Assembly (NCBI GenBank): GCA_036170905.1
Contig: JAVHQB010000093.1
Span: 123-64,122 of the forward strand
Origin: Minisyncoccota bacterium
Lineage (GTDB): Bacteria > Patescibacteriota > Minisyncoccia > UBA6257 > JAVHQB01
DNA length: 64,000 nt
Direction: 5' to 3'
In this document: positions 50,041 through 59,486 of the stretch, one piece after another
Layout: the number at the start of each line of letters is the position of its first letter
Numbering within the stretch: position 1 is the stretch's first letter
Notes under the pieces: model-generated
Databases searched by the model: none
The model's input: only the letters and a program-made list of their open reading frames with translations
What the model was told of the DNA's origin: nothing
Program-made: the position numbers and the translations under genes

Positions 50041-51654
50041 CTATTCGATTTTATTATTCTTATATATCTCAAATGAATGATTATAAAAAACGCCATAAAT
50101 ACTGAAATAATTATGCCTTGGCGTAGGAAACAACGGATTAAACTCCTTGATCATGGTGAATTTCTTATCAATATATTTATATACCGGTTTCAATTTTTCA
50201 GGTATCACCCGCGTTTGATCAATTATAACATAATCAAATTCGTTGTCTTTAAAGAAATGTTCCAGGTTTTTAAAGTCGTACTGCCAATCCATAACGGTAA
50301 CCCGGTAAGGTATTTGCTGATTATAAAACAATAATGGCTCAAGCTTTCCTCTCCCACCGAGATCATCTCCATCAAACAAGATGCTGCTACCAGCGGGAAT
50401 GCTTCCTAGTATCCAATTCTCTATATCTTTTTGTATAGGTTTTTGGGAGGTCCAACGTTTATAATAAATAGCTTCTTTAAGCGAAGGAAAAGCAAGGCAA
50501 CAAATTATTAAACACAAAATCAAAGTCTTTTTGTTATTTAAGTAGATTTTCCCAGAAACAAATAATAAGAAATTAACCGCCAGCAATATCATAAAAGGAA
50601 CAGCCGGTAAAATATATTCTATTAGACAAAAATAAAATTGTCCCAGGAATAAATAATAGCTCAATGGAAAAGCAAATATTAATATATCTTTTTTGCTATG
50701 CCTGATTAGACTCAATAATAAGCCGGCAATCGAAAGAATAAAAATTCCTAATCCCAGCCCGGAAATAAGGGAATTCGGATAACTAACCCAACCTATTCTT
50801 TGGGCCAAGGTTTGATAAATTGTATTATAGACCGATACAGGCGTAGTGTGAGTATCCACAAAAAACTTTAAGGTGCTACTAACCTCTTGGATATGCATAA
50901 CCATCCGGGGAAAACTAGTAATAAACAAAACGAGTACGGTCATGCCAAAACAGAGATATAAATATTTTTTATCCTCCTTGTTTCTTTTACTAAAAAAATG
51001 CGCTATCAGTAAAGGTATTACGCAAAAAATACCGAAATATTTTGTTGCTGCAGCTAAGCCAATAAATAAACCGGAGAGAATATAATATTTCTTTTTGGGA
51101 GAATCGACAAATATCTTACAAATATATAAAAAAGCCAGGCAGATAAAAAATAACTGGAAGTTATCCGGGCCAATTGCATCTATGGAAGTATAAACGTGTA
51201 AAGGTACAACTGCTAAAAATAACGCACAAAATAAACCGGCTAAGCTATTGAACAAATCCTTAGCAATCAAAAATAATACCGGCACAGTAAGGGTCCCTAT
51301 AATTGCAACTATCAGGCGATGCACAAATAAAAGTCTGACATAATCTATGCTGTAATTTATATTAAAAGCCTTAATTAAATCCGCCATGCTTCTAAAATGT
51401 CCTAATAAAAAATAAAACAAAAAATATATCTTATTTATAAAGACGAGCAATAAATCAAAAAAAGGCGGGTAGTTAAACATCTTTACGTCTGAAACAAAAC
51501 CCATCAATATATTTCGTATATACTGGGGTTCTTCAAAAAAAATTCCTCCTTGCAAATGGTGATCGATTTTATATATTCTTAAGAAGAATGCTAATATAAT
51601 TATTAAAAATAGCGCTAGATTATTTATAAAAGAATTCCTTTTTGAAATATTCAT
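50041..51654 (-). CDS. GT-C fold glycosyltransferase (ArnT/GT39-like), copy B
   Basis: Translation identical to copy A except 6 residues near the C-terminus. Confidence 0.88.
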   Translation of the reverse strand: MNISKRNSFINNLALFLIIILAFFLRIYKIDHHLQGGIFFEEPQYIRNILMGFVSDVKMFNYPPFFDLLLVFINKIYFLFYFLLGHFRSMADLIKAFNINYSIDYVRLLFVHRLIVAIIGTLTVPVLFLIAKDLFNSLAGLFCALFLAVVPLHVYTSIDAIGPDNFQLFFICLAFLYICKIFVDSPKKKYYILSGLFIGLAAATKYFGIFCVIPLLIAHFFSKRNKEDKKYLYLCFGMTVLVLFITSFPRMVMHIQEVSSTLKFFVDTHTTPVSVYNTIYQTLAQRIGWVSYPNSLISGLGLGIFILSIAGLLLSLIRHSKKDILIFAFPLSYYLFLGQFYFCLIEYILPAVPFMILLAVNFLLFVSGKIYLNNKKTLILCLIICCLAFPSLKEAIYYKRWTSQKPIQKDIENWILGSIPAGSSILFDGDDLGGRGKLEPLLFYNQQIPYRVTVMDWQYDFKNLEHFFKDNEFDYVIIDQTRVIPEKLKPVYKYIDKKFTMIKEFNPLFPTPRHNYFSIYGVFYNHSFEIYKNNKIE

Positions 51655-51680
51655 TTTAATTTATAATTTTTATAGATAGC

Positions 51681-52775
51681 TTACTCATAACTGATAAACT
51701 TATAAAGTTTTGGGATAGCATCAATCCTGTTTATTACCGTATCATAATCGAGGTCCAGCCTATTAAGATACTCCCTAATCGCTGCATATCTTGGCTTATT
51801 CTCTTCCTGCGTAATCCTCAATGCTTCAGCCCTAGTCAGCATACCCTCCCTTATCTGATTACTGCGAAAGGCATCGTTTTCAGTAAATCCGGCAACGGTA
51901 TAATAGATATAATTATAAAATGGCGAGGTGCCATCGTCAACTCTCCAGGTAAGTATGGTGTCTTTTGCTGTTTCCCAATTATACTCTTTTCTTAATGTTG
52001 ATACTATTTGTTCTTCTTCCCACTTAAGATAATGATACAAATATATAAAATTATAACGCACTATATACGTAGTCCAATAGGCAAACATCGTTTCAATTAT
52101 TGATTTGTTAAAATAAGAAGGATTTAAAGCATGTTGGAAACCAGCAGATAATGCTAATTTTAGTCTTCCGGCAATATTCATTTCATGCATAACGCCATTG
52201 GGTTCGCTGTTTTTGACCCCCAGAAAACCAAATTTTAACTCAGTAGTCTCCAATTCGTTTCCTCGACATAAGAAGATTAATTTAATGCCATATTTCTTGG
52301 CCACCTGAGTAACATAATATTCTACAGGCTTATCCCCCGCCATAAATAAAGGGATCATCCCTAAATGTGGTTTTTTAAGCCAAGCACTTATATACTGACG
52401 GATATATCTCCTCTTTTGTTTAATATTTGCTGCTATTATTATGTGCTCAACCCCGAGCTTACCTACTAATCTGGCCTGATTTCTGCGGGCATCGTCGCTG
52501 ACCATACCCCAGTCAAAAGTAAAAGCAATGGGATTCATCTTTAGGATTTTCTTTACATAATATAATCCAAAAGAACTATCCCTGCCTCCACTAAAGGCAA
52601 CTATACAATCAGGCAAGCAGGATTTGCTGCGATATGGGGCAACCAGATCTTTTAATAGATCCTCCCCCTTGACTTTAATTTTTTTATAGTTAAGGCAATA
52701 ATTACAGACACCCTCCTCATTAAATTTAATAAAAGGCATGGTCTCGGGCAATATGCATATGGAACACCTTATCAT
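51681..52775 (-). CDS. N-type ATP pyrophosphatase / N-acetyl-sugar amidotransferase (WbpG/PseA-like)
   Basis: RCSICILP..GVCNYC, PP-loop SGGRDSS, QIREG.LTRAEAL. Confidence 0.85.
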   Translation of the reverse strand: MIRCSICILPETMPFIKFNEEGVCNYCLNYKKIKVKGEDLLKDLVAPYRSKSCLPDCIVAFSGGRDSSFGLYYVKKILKMNPIAFTFDWGMVSDDARRNQARLVGKLGVEHIIIAANIKQKRRYIRQYISAWLKKPHLGMIPLFMAGDKPVEYYVTQVAKKYGIKLIFLCRGNELETTELKFGFLGVKNSEPNGVMHEMNIAGRLKLALSAGFQHALNPSYFNKSIIETMFAYWTTYIVRYNFIYLYHYLKWEEEQIVSTLRKEYNWETAKDTILTWRVDDGTSPFYNYIYYTVAGFTENDAFRSNQIREGMLTRAEALRITQEENKPRYAAIREYLNRLDLDYDTVINRIDAIPKLYKFISYE

Positions 52776-53590
52776 TGTGTTTTCGCAACCCCCTCTCTAT
52801 GTATATCGCTATCAGACAACAAATTCAGCGTAACTCTTTCTTCACTAAAATTAAGCGTATTTATTAAAACAGCCTGATTTGGCTGAAGTTGAGATATACA
52901 GTATTGCCCTATAAACTTTACTAATTTAAGTTTCTTGATTATTTCCTGTAACATAATTAACTCTGAAGCAAAGAAAAAAATATCTCTTTTAATATTAGTA
53001 CAGTAATAAATTGAACCTTTGTTTGTAGCTAACAATACACGGTTACGTTGCGCTATAAATGCAGCCAGGGAAGCTGAACCTTCTATATATCGAAAAGTAG
53101 ACTGGACGGCAGATGCCAAAGAAAACTCTGGTTTACTAATGAAAAACTCCAGCAAGTTAAACAAAGTCTCACTATCCGCAGAACCTCTTCTTGTGCCTAA
53201 CTTAAACATATCATTAAGTTCGGTATCATTAACAACAATACCATTGTGTACCCCGATTACAACACCCGATACCAAAGGACAGTTATTATTATTGTCCTGT
53301 TGTTGACCATTTGTAGCTAACCGGGCTTGTCCTAGAATAGCAATTGGTTTTGCAGTAAAACCACCGAATACCCGATTCATTAATTCCTTATACTTTATTT
53401 TTTTAACAAGCACAGATGCACAAACAGGTTCTTTATATATAAACAATTCCTGCGTAGTAATAACAGCAATACCTGCCGCATCTTTTCCGCGAGACTCGGA
53501 TAATATAAATAAATTTGTAGTCAGCTTCCGCATTAATTTTGGCGGATATCCTGAATCTTTAGCTGAAAATACTCCGAATATGCCACACAT
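52772..53590 (-). CDS. Stand-alone class II (Ntn) glutamine amidotransferase domain
   Basis: MCGIFG, SRGKDAAG, RLATNG, VHNGIVVN, DSE, FASE; ATGA overlap with the downstream synthetase. Confidence 0.88.
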   Translation of the reverse strand: MCGIFGVFSAKDSGYPPKLMRKLTTNLFILSESRGKDAAGIAVITTQELFIYKEPVCASVLVKKIKYKELMNRVFGGFTAKPIAILGQARLATNGQQQDNNNNCPLVSGVVIGVHNGIVVNDTELNDMFKLGTRRGSADSETLFNLLEFFISKPEFSLASAVQSTFRYIEGSASLAAFIAQRNRVLLATNKGSIYYCTNIKRDIFFFASELIMLQEIIKKLKLVKFIGQYCISQLQPNQAVLINTLNFSEERVTLNLLSDSDIHREGVAKTQ

Positions 53591-53636
53591 TATTTAAAAA
53601 CTTAAAGTAGGAGAGAATTTTGGTCCTGATTAAATT

Positions 53637-54365
53637 TTATTTAATTACACTTGATTTTCTGTTAATTACTTTAATCTTTGAAGCAACCACCAGGTCTAAA
53701 AACAGACCGCCAAAAAAATCAAAGACGTTGGGATTTCCCCTCCGGCAATAAGGGCCATCTATTAAATAGCTATTGTTAATATTATATCCTAACCGGCCTG
53801 CGATAACCCCGATTTGACTGGCGCAAGAATATCTAAAAGCAGTATAAAAATCTAATAAATCAGCAATAAGGGTTATTTTTAATATTTTAAATCCGCAGTG
53901 AATATCATAAAATCTGAATTTTGCTAAATACGATACAAATGCCGATGATAATTTATTTCCAATAATTCTATATAATGGATAAAACAAGAGGTTCCTTCTG
54001 GCAACCAAAAGGTCTAACTTATTGTCTAGAAAGTATCTATACATAGCTGTGATATTTTCCGGATCGTGCTGTCCATCAGCATCAATAAGAACAACGCAAT
54101 CATTTTTAGTATAAATTCCCAATTTATACTGCTTTAAAATAAAACTAAACCCCTGCTCTATGGCATAGGCCATCCCGTTATTATTTTTAAGAGAAATATA
54201 ATATGTCTTCTCTTTTTTCTTTACCCAGTCTCCTATTAACGAATCTGTGCTATCGCAAGAGCCGTCATTTATTATTACTATAGAACCTACCTGCTTTTCT
54301 AATTTCTGCAGAACGCCGATAACGGTTTCTGCTTCATTAAATACCGGAATTAATCCAATCAACAT
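53637..54365 (-). CDS. GT2 glycosyltransferase (polyprenol-phosphate glycosyltransferase, DPM1-like)
   Basis: IPVFNE, NDGSCD, DADGQHDP, DIHCGFK. Confidence 0.88.
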   Translation of the reverse strand: MLIGLIPVFNEAETVIGVLQKLEKQVGSIVIINDGSCDSTDSLIGDWVKKKEKTYYISLKNNNGMAYAIEQGFSFILKQYKLGIYTKNDCVVLIDADGQHDPENITAMYRYFLDNKLDLLVARRNLLFYPLYRIIGNKLSSAFVSYLAKFRFYDIHCGFKILKITLIADLLDFYTAFRYSCASQIGVIAGRLGYNINNSYLIDGPYCRRGNPNVFDFFGGLFLDLVVASKIKVINRKSSVIK

Positions 54366-54379
54366 ATCAACAATACCAA

Positions 54380-55939
54380 TTATGAATCATACCACTCGGG
54401 CTTTCTAAGACGCATAAAACCTGTAATTCCCTCAAATTTTTTCCTTCTTAAAATAGTATCCATAACGCCCAGAAAAAGCATCTTCATTGTATTGCGGAAA
54501 AACCACCAGTAAAGGCCTCTTTTATGTTTATAGGGAGAGAACAATCCTCTGATCAACCAATGTGGCCGGTATAATATATACCGCTTATTAAGCTCCATGT
54601 TCAACTTGGCAAATTCTTCCATCGATAGCCCATGATCAGAACGCATTATCGGAGTAGCCCAGTCGTATTTTTTAAAATCTTTTTCTGCCAAAATATCATT
54701 TTTTAAGGCTTCCTGGTAAAGAAATGTTCCGGGAACCGGCGCCACGGGATGAAAAGCCGGATAATCTATATCTATTTCAACGGCATACTTCACCAAATCA
54801 AGCATTGACTCTCTGGTATCAAAAGGTAGGCAAGTGATAAAAGTACCCTGCCGGAATACCTGCGGATATTTCTTTTTAAAAATAAGAAAAACTTCTTTTA
54901 CTAAATCACGGGTATAAACAGATTTTTGTATTTTCCTAAGGTCTTCCGTACACCCCCTCTCTACACCAATGAGAGGATGAATTAATCCGGCACGGACCAT
55001 TTTATCCAAAATACCTGCTGACTCATCCCGCAGCAGATAATCTGCCCTTAAAAAGGCCCACCAATACAAATCTTTATAATTCCTCTTTAACAGCCCCTCA
55101 CAAAAATCATTGGTCCATCTAGAATCAACATTGAAAGTCGGATCTGCCCAGATTATATATTTTCGATTATACTTCTTATAAACAATATCTACTTCTTCCA
55201 GCGTTCTTTCTACGCTCTTACTTCTATATTTAGGCATTACCTCCAGTTCGCCTTTTTCTATATCTGTTTTTAGGTGTTGGCCCCAAAATGTCCAAAGAGA
55301 ACAAAAATTACATCTATCTACACAACCCCGAGAATGTTCAAGAGTAGCACTTTGAGGCCAAAGATAACCAAATGGAGAATACTTTCCCATAGGCATAAGG
55401 TCATATGCCGGCAAAACAAGTGTATCCAGATCTCTTATTAAAGGCCGAAGAGATGTTTTGATTATCTGGCCATTATTCTTATAAGCAATACCCTTAATTT
55501 GAGATAAATCTTTCTTTTCTTTGAGCGCCCTAATTAACTCCACTATTGTCTCCTCACCTTCAAATCTTACAATAAAATCGATAGGGAAGTTATCTAAACT
55601 ATAGTCCACCATCCAAGAAAAGAAATGCCCTCCGGCAATTGTAATTATAGCGGGGTTGATCTCCTTTACTAATTTAAACAACCTGACGGCCTCATGATAG
55701 TAGAGAGCTTCTTCTCCGGCTCCGACCATATCTGGTTTCTCTTCTCTTATTACCTTGCTCAAACTTTCCCATCCTATCTTAAGTGGTGGGCAATCGATAA
55801 TTTTTATTTCTAGATCAGGAAACTTTGATCTTATCGCTGCAGCTAAGCAAGGCAAACCCAGGGGGAGAAGAAAATTGTCAGATTCATTTATAAATGGCCA
55901 CAGGAATCTCGGAGGTCTAACCAGTAATATTTTTTTCAT
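54380..55939 (-). CDS. B12-binding radical SAM protein
   Basis: PLGLPCLAA, AGGHFF, EGEET, SRGCVDRCNFC. Confidence 0.92.
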   Translation of the reverse strand: MKKILLVRPPRFLWPFINESDNFLLPLGLPCLAAAIRSKFPDLEIKIIDCPPLKIGWESLSKVIREEKPDMVGAGEEALYYHEAVRLFKLVKEINPAIITIAGGHFFSWMVDYSLDNFPIDFIVRFEGEETIVELIRALKEKKDLSQIKGIAYKNNGQIIKTSLRPLIRDLDTLVLPAYDLMPMGKYSPFGYLWPQSATLEHSRGCVDRCNFCSLWTFWGQHLKTDIEKGELEVMPKYRSKSVERTLEEVDIVYKKYNRKYIIWADPTFNVDSRWTNDFCEGLLKRNYKDLYWWAFLRADYLLRDESAGILDKMVRAGLIHPLIGVERGCTEDLRKIQKSVYTRDLVKEVFLIFKKKYPQVFRQGTFITCLPFDTRESMLDLVKYAVEIDIDYPAFHPVAPVPGTFLYQEALKNDILAEKDFKKYDWATPIMRSDHGLSMEEFAKLNMELNKRYILYRPHWLIRGLFSPYKHKRGLYWWFFRNTMKMLFLGVMDTILRRKKFEGITGFMRLRKPEWYDS

Positions 55940-57132
55940 TTCTGTTTAAATAAAATTTTAACTTTGAAATAAATCCTGTACAGTAATTTCAAGATATTTA
56001 ATTTAATCTCTACCATAAAAAAAACTATATTGGATCTTTGCAAAAAATACCTTCCCTCTTCAGGCAAGATTACTAGACCCACCTTTAAATTGGGAGCCAT
56101 TCCTATTGGAATAGCATTTTCTATACATACCTCATACAATCTTCTAAATACAGGGATCATCGTTTGGCTTTGTGGCGGCGCTAAATGCTCAAGAACTGTT
56201 CCTAAACAAGGCCTAAAAATACAAACCGTAGATACCGCACCGATTTTTGCAAAATATTCAATAGCTTTTATGGTGCTTTCTGGAGATTCCAAACCTGCAA
56301 TGATCTCCCCGGAAACCCTGCCTTTACCGAACACTTTAACACAATACTCGATAGCTTCTAAATACTTTCTTTGCGTGATATACTTATGTTTGCCAGGGCA
56401 TATTTCTGGAAATTTATATGAATCATAAATTTCCAGGCAAAAAGAAAGATGATCAACTCCGATTGTCTTTAAATAATCATATTTTTTAAAATCTGGAGCA
56501 GGTGGACATTGAACACCAACCAAAAGTCCTGTTTCTTTCTTTACTTTTTTTATATACGGCCCTAAAATTCCTAATTCTTCGCCAAAAAGGTACCCGGTAT
56601 TAAAATGAACAAAGGTAATCTTCTCTTCTCTTTGCGCAGCTTTAACTGTCTCTAAAACTTCCTGGATACTTTTTTCATATTCCTCAGTCTGCCCTACGTT
56701 TAAGCCTAGAGAACAAAATTTACAATTAACCGGCGGAGTCATCCGCCAAAATTCACAGACTCTTGTGGGATATACCCCTAAATATGTCCCCTGCATTACG
56801 CCAATGCGAGACATAATTTTTCCGGTAGATGTCAGCTTATCATAAAATTTTGGCTTGCCTGGCAGTCTAACCTTACAAATAATTACATTATTTTTCTTTA
56901 TAAAATAGGCGTTACCGTTCTTTAATAAAACATAGGGCGATTTTCCTACAAAATGCTCCACAACCGGAACATTTACATATAAATCTTTTGCCAAAACTAA
57001 CTCTAATCCACTTCCCAAACCACCTCTGGTGCGTAAAACTGGACGAGCGTCATTAAGCAAATCACAACTGGCATCTATTTTGATACCCTGGCAAAATAAC
57101 TCTAATTTTAATAGACCCGGATTAATTTTCAT
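55936..57132 (-). CDS. Radical SAM protein with non-canonical CX10CX2C motif (MSMEG_0568 / biotin-synthase-related type)
   Basis: RTRGGLGSG, CEFWRMTPPVNCKFC, ICPGK, IIAGLE, FRPCLGT. Confidence 0.8.
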   Translation of the reverse strand: MKINPGLLKLELFCQGIKIDASCDLLNDARPVLRTRGGLGSGLELVLAKDLYVNVPVVEHFVGKSPYVLLKNGNAYFIKKNNVIICKVRLPGKPKFYDKLTSTGKIMSRIGVMQGTYLGVYPTRVCEFWRMTPPVNCKFCSLGLNVGQTEEYEKSIQEVLETVKAAQREEKITFVHFNTGYLFGEELGILGPYIKKVKKETGLLVGVQCPPAPDFKKYDYLKTIGVDHLSFCLEIYDSYKFPEICPGKHKYITQRKYLEAIEYCVKVFGKGRVSGEIIAGLESPESTIKAIEYFAKIGAVSTVCIFRPCLGTVLEHLAPPQSQTMIPVFRRLYEVCIENAIPIGMAPNLKVGLVILPEEGRYFLQRSNIVFFMVEIKLNILKLLYRIYFKVKILFKQK

Positions 57133-57995
57133 ATTTTAATAAGATAGGCAACAGCAAAACCGATCTGCCCTACGATAAGTATAAGATACATATGAATCCA
57201 GGAAATATGGTTTTTCTCTAAAGTAAGCTCTTGGGGACTTTGCCTAATTAACTTAGCTGTATATAGGCCCCAGATAGTTAAAAGTACTAAGGGTAATGTC
57301 GTTAACCTGATTATATGCATAATAATTCCTAGGGGAATAAGCAAAAAGGGGATATAAAAAAACGGGGAAATTATCTGCGTTGCTCTTTTTACGCCGTATA
57401 AAACCGGTAATGTCTTTATTCCAAATTGACTATCTCCTTTTATATCGTTGAAATCTTTTGTCGTTGCTGCGCCCGCAAGATATAAAGCAAATATCAGGCC
57501 GATAAACCATGGCTGGATATTAAATATTGGCTTAGTTACGCTCCAACCGGCAACAATCAAAAGCATCCCTCTGGGCAAAGCAATAGAGATATTGCTAAGA
57601 AACGGATACTGCTTAATTCTAAATGGGGGAGCGGAATAAAAGAATGAAATAATTGAAGTTATTAATATAATCAAAAACAATCTTAGGCTTATAAGCCACG
57701 ATAAAATTAATGCGCTAAAATAAAGTAGTAACGTAAAAATTATTATCTGCCTCTTAGATATTCTCCCGGAAGGAAAAGGCCTAAAAGGTTTATTTATTCT
57801 ATCTATATCTAAATCAAAATACTGATTATTCACATTAGAGGCGGCATTAAGTATGGCGGCCGACAAAGCGCCCACTAAACAATAGAAATTTGGCATAGCC
57901 TCAGATGCGATTATTGCACCCGATAAAAATCCCACCATAGGCGCAATTAGCGTAAACGGACGAACCAGCTCTAAATAGATCTTTAGTTTCGCCAT
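57129..57995 (-). CDS. UbiA-family prenyltransferase
   Basis: LVRPFT, NQYFDLDIDRINKPFRPFPSG, YSAPP, KDFNDIKGD..GIKTLP. Confidence 0.93.
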   Translation of the reverse strand: MAKLKIYLELVRPFTLIAPMVGFLSGAIIASEAMPNFYCLVGALSAAILNAASNVNNQYFDLDIDRINKPFRPFPSGRISKRQIIIFTLLLYFSALILSWLISLRLFLIILITSIISFFYSAPPFRIKQYPFLSNISIALPRGMLLIVAGWSVTKPIFNIQPWFIGLIFALYLAGAATTKDFNDIKGDSQFGIKTLPVLYGVKRATQIISPFFYIPFLLIPLGIIMHIIRLTTLPLVLLTIWGLYTAKLIRQSPQELTLEKNHISWIHMYLILIVGQIGFAVAYLIKI

Positions 57996-58053
57996 AAAAT
58001 TTAAATACTGCTTTTGGATTTTTCCAATCTAAAATTAGTATACTCTAACAACT

Positions 58054-58806
58054 TTAGCTTCCGGCAATTCTAAAAATAGTCACTAGCCCTAAGATAGTGA
58101 TAAAAATACCTACGTAAATCTTTAACTTATCGGCAAAAACGCGTTTTACCGTATAGGCAGCAAATGGTACTGCCAGTGTCGCAAAACCAATGAGCATCCA
58201 GACAAGCTTCCAGTCTATGTGCTTTCCACTTATAATATAAATAATGAATCCAACTAAACAAGTAATTGCCTCTGCAAAAGCTGTAATACCAACGGAACTT
58301 TTTGCATTTACGCCTGAGATTAACTGCCCCCCCATAACTAACGGTCCGTATCCGCCTCCGGATATGCCCTTATTAAAAGCCGCCAATAAACTTACCCCGC
58401 ATAACTTACGGAATGAAAATAAAATGGGTTTTTTGTGTGTAACCAGAATGAGGATACCCATAGAAGCAACCAATGCTCCTATGTAGAATGTCAACAGCCG
58501 TTTCGGAACCTTGATCGCCACAACCACCGACACTATAACGCCAATGGTGCTGATCAGCCCAAGGATCAGGGCTGCTTTAAAATCCTTGGAATTAAATTTA
58601 AGATTTACATTACCGGCATTGTGATGGCAAAAACAGGCAGCTATGTCTGTAAATAACTGAGAAATTAAAATTGCCGGAACGACCTTTAGGGAATCATAAC
58701 CCATAATTATCAATATGGGCGCAAGCACAGTACCATATCCCATTCCTAGCCCTGAATCAAGATACTCACTTAAAAATGCTATGACACCTATAAAAAATAT
58801 AGCCAC
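58054..58806 (-). CDS. TauE/SafE sulfite-exporter family membrane protein
   Basis: DSGLGMGYG, HHNAGNV, KGISGGGYGP; GTG start behind AAGGAGG. Confidence 0.9.
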   Translation of the reverse strand: MAIFFIGVIAFLSEYLDSGLGMGYGTVLAPILIIMGYDSLKVVPAILISQLFTDIAACFCHHNAGNVNLKFNSKDFKAALILGLISTIGVIVSVVVAIKVPKRLLTFYIGALVASMGILILVTHKKPILFSFRKLCGVSLLAAFNKGISGGGYGPLVMGGQLISGVNAKSSVGITAFAEAITCLVGFIIYIISGKHIDWKLVWMLIGFATLAVPFAAYTVKRVFADKLKIYVGIFITILGLVTIFRIAGS

Positions 58807-58852
58807 CTAATCCTCCTTATGCTGCGCTTTATTTCTTAAAAAACATACGATT

Positions 58853-58880
58853 ATTATACAACCCAGGACCTAAATATCAA
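58853..58880 (-). promoter_or_regulatory. Putative sigma70 promoter for the TauE-UbiA-rSAM operon
   Basis: Minus strand TTGATA-N16-TATAAT. Confidence 0.6.
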
Positions 58881-58906
58881 GAAGATTGGGCTAATCAGAG
58901 AAAAGG

Positions 58907-59065
58907 TTAGAATAAGGTATAAATAAATGGAGCTACGGCTGAAGACTGGGTAAAAAATATAAGTATTCCTAAGAAAAAAAACATAATAATGATAGGCGCA
59001 AGCCACCACTTCTTCCTTACTTTAAGAAAATCCCATAATTCTTTGACAATTGCCCATCTTGACAT
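58907..59065 (-). CDS. Small membrane protein, SxtK/DUF5989-like (52 aa; missed by the ORF track)
   Basis: MSRWAIVKELWDFLKVRKKWWLAPIIIMFFFLGILIFFTQSSAVAPFIYTLF*, RBS AAGGAG; characteristic RKKWWLAP..APFIYTLF. Confidence 0.93.
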   Translation of the reverse strand: MSRWAIVKELWDFLKVRKKWWLAPIIIMFFFLGILIFFTQSSAVAPFIYTLF

Positions 59066-59079
59066 TCAACTCTCCTTTG

Positions 59080-59481
59080 TTAGAATTGCCTTTCGTAATC
59101 AATCGCCGAAAAAACCTTTTTTTCTTTTGGCTTCCAATATGACTGGCTGGTTCGATTAAACCTTCTATCCAGAAGATCAATCTTGAATAGGCGCATAAGC
59201 AACCCTATTGGTGAGAAAACCAAATAAAAAATTACACATAATAATAATCTTGTATTAAACCAACCTAAAATAAATGCGAATTTCATCAAGGTGATGTAAA
59301 AATATTTTAATAGAGCAGGGATAGTAGCTGCAAACAGCAGAAAAGATAACGAGATTAGTGATGTAATAACAGTTGAATGCTTATGTCTAAGAAAGATTAT
59401 CGTTGTAATCACAGCAAAACATGCGGCCATGGTTAAACCGAATTTTCTTAAAGTAGCCCTGTCTGTTTTTATTTTATCCAT
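59080..59481 (-). CDS. SxtJ-family membrane protein
   Basis: LRKFG, LGWFNTRLLL..FYLVFSPIGLLMR..DLL, SYW, YERQF; lies between the carbamoyltransferase and the SxtK-like gene. Confidence 0.9.
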   Translation of the reverse strand: MDKIKTDRATLRKFGLTMAACFAVITTIIFLRHKHSTVITSLISLSFLLFAATIPALLKYFYITLMKFAFILGWFNTRLLLCVIFYLVFSPIGLLMRLFKIDLLDRRFNRTSQSYWKPKEKKVFSAIDYERQF

Positions 59482-59486
59482 TGCCT

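Larger units (their letters stand above)
48354..51654. repeat. Tandem duplication, 1647-bp period (48354-50007 and 50001-51654)
   Basis: Two 537-aa ORFs offset by exactly 1647 bp; the downstream spacer CTAGCTACCCCCTATCCCAAATAATAG is also duplicated; 7-bp TATTCAT microhomology at the junction. Confidence 0.97.

Noticed and set aside
48418-50094. Diversity-generating retroelement explanation for the variable 3' tip
   Set aside because: Differences include third-position and non-adenine changes, neither copy looks like an AAY-rich template, and there is no reverse transcriptase in the window. A remote DGR is not excluded.
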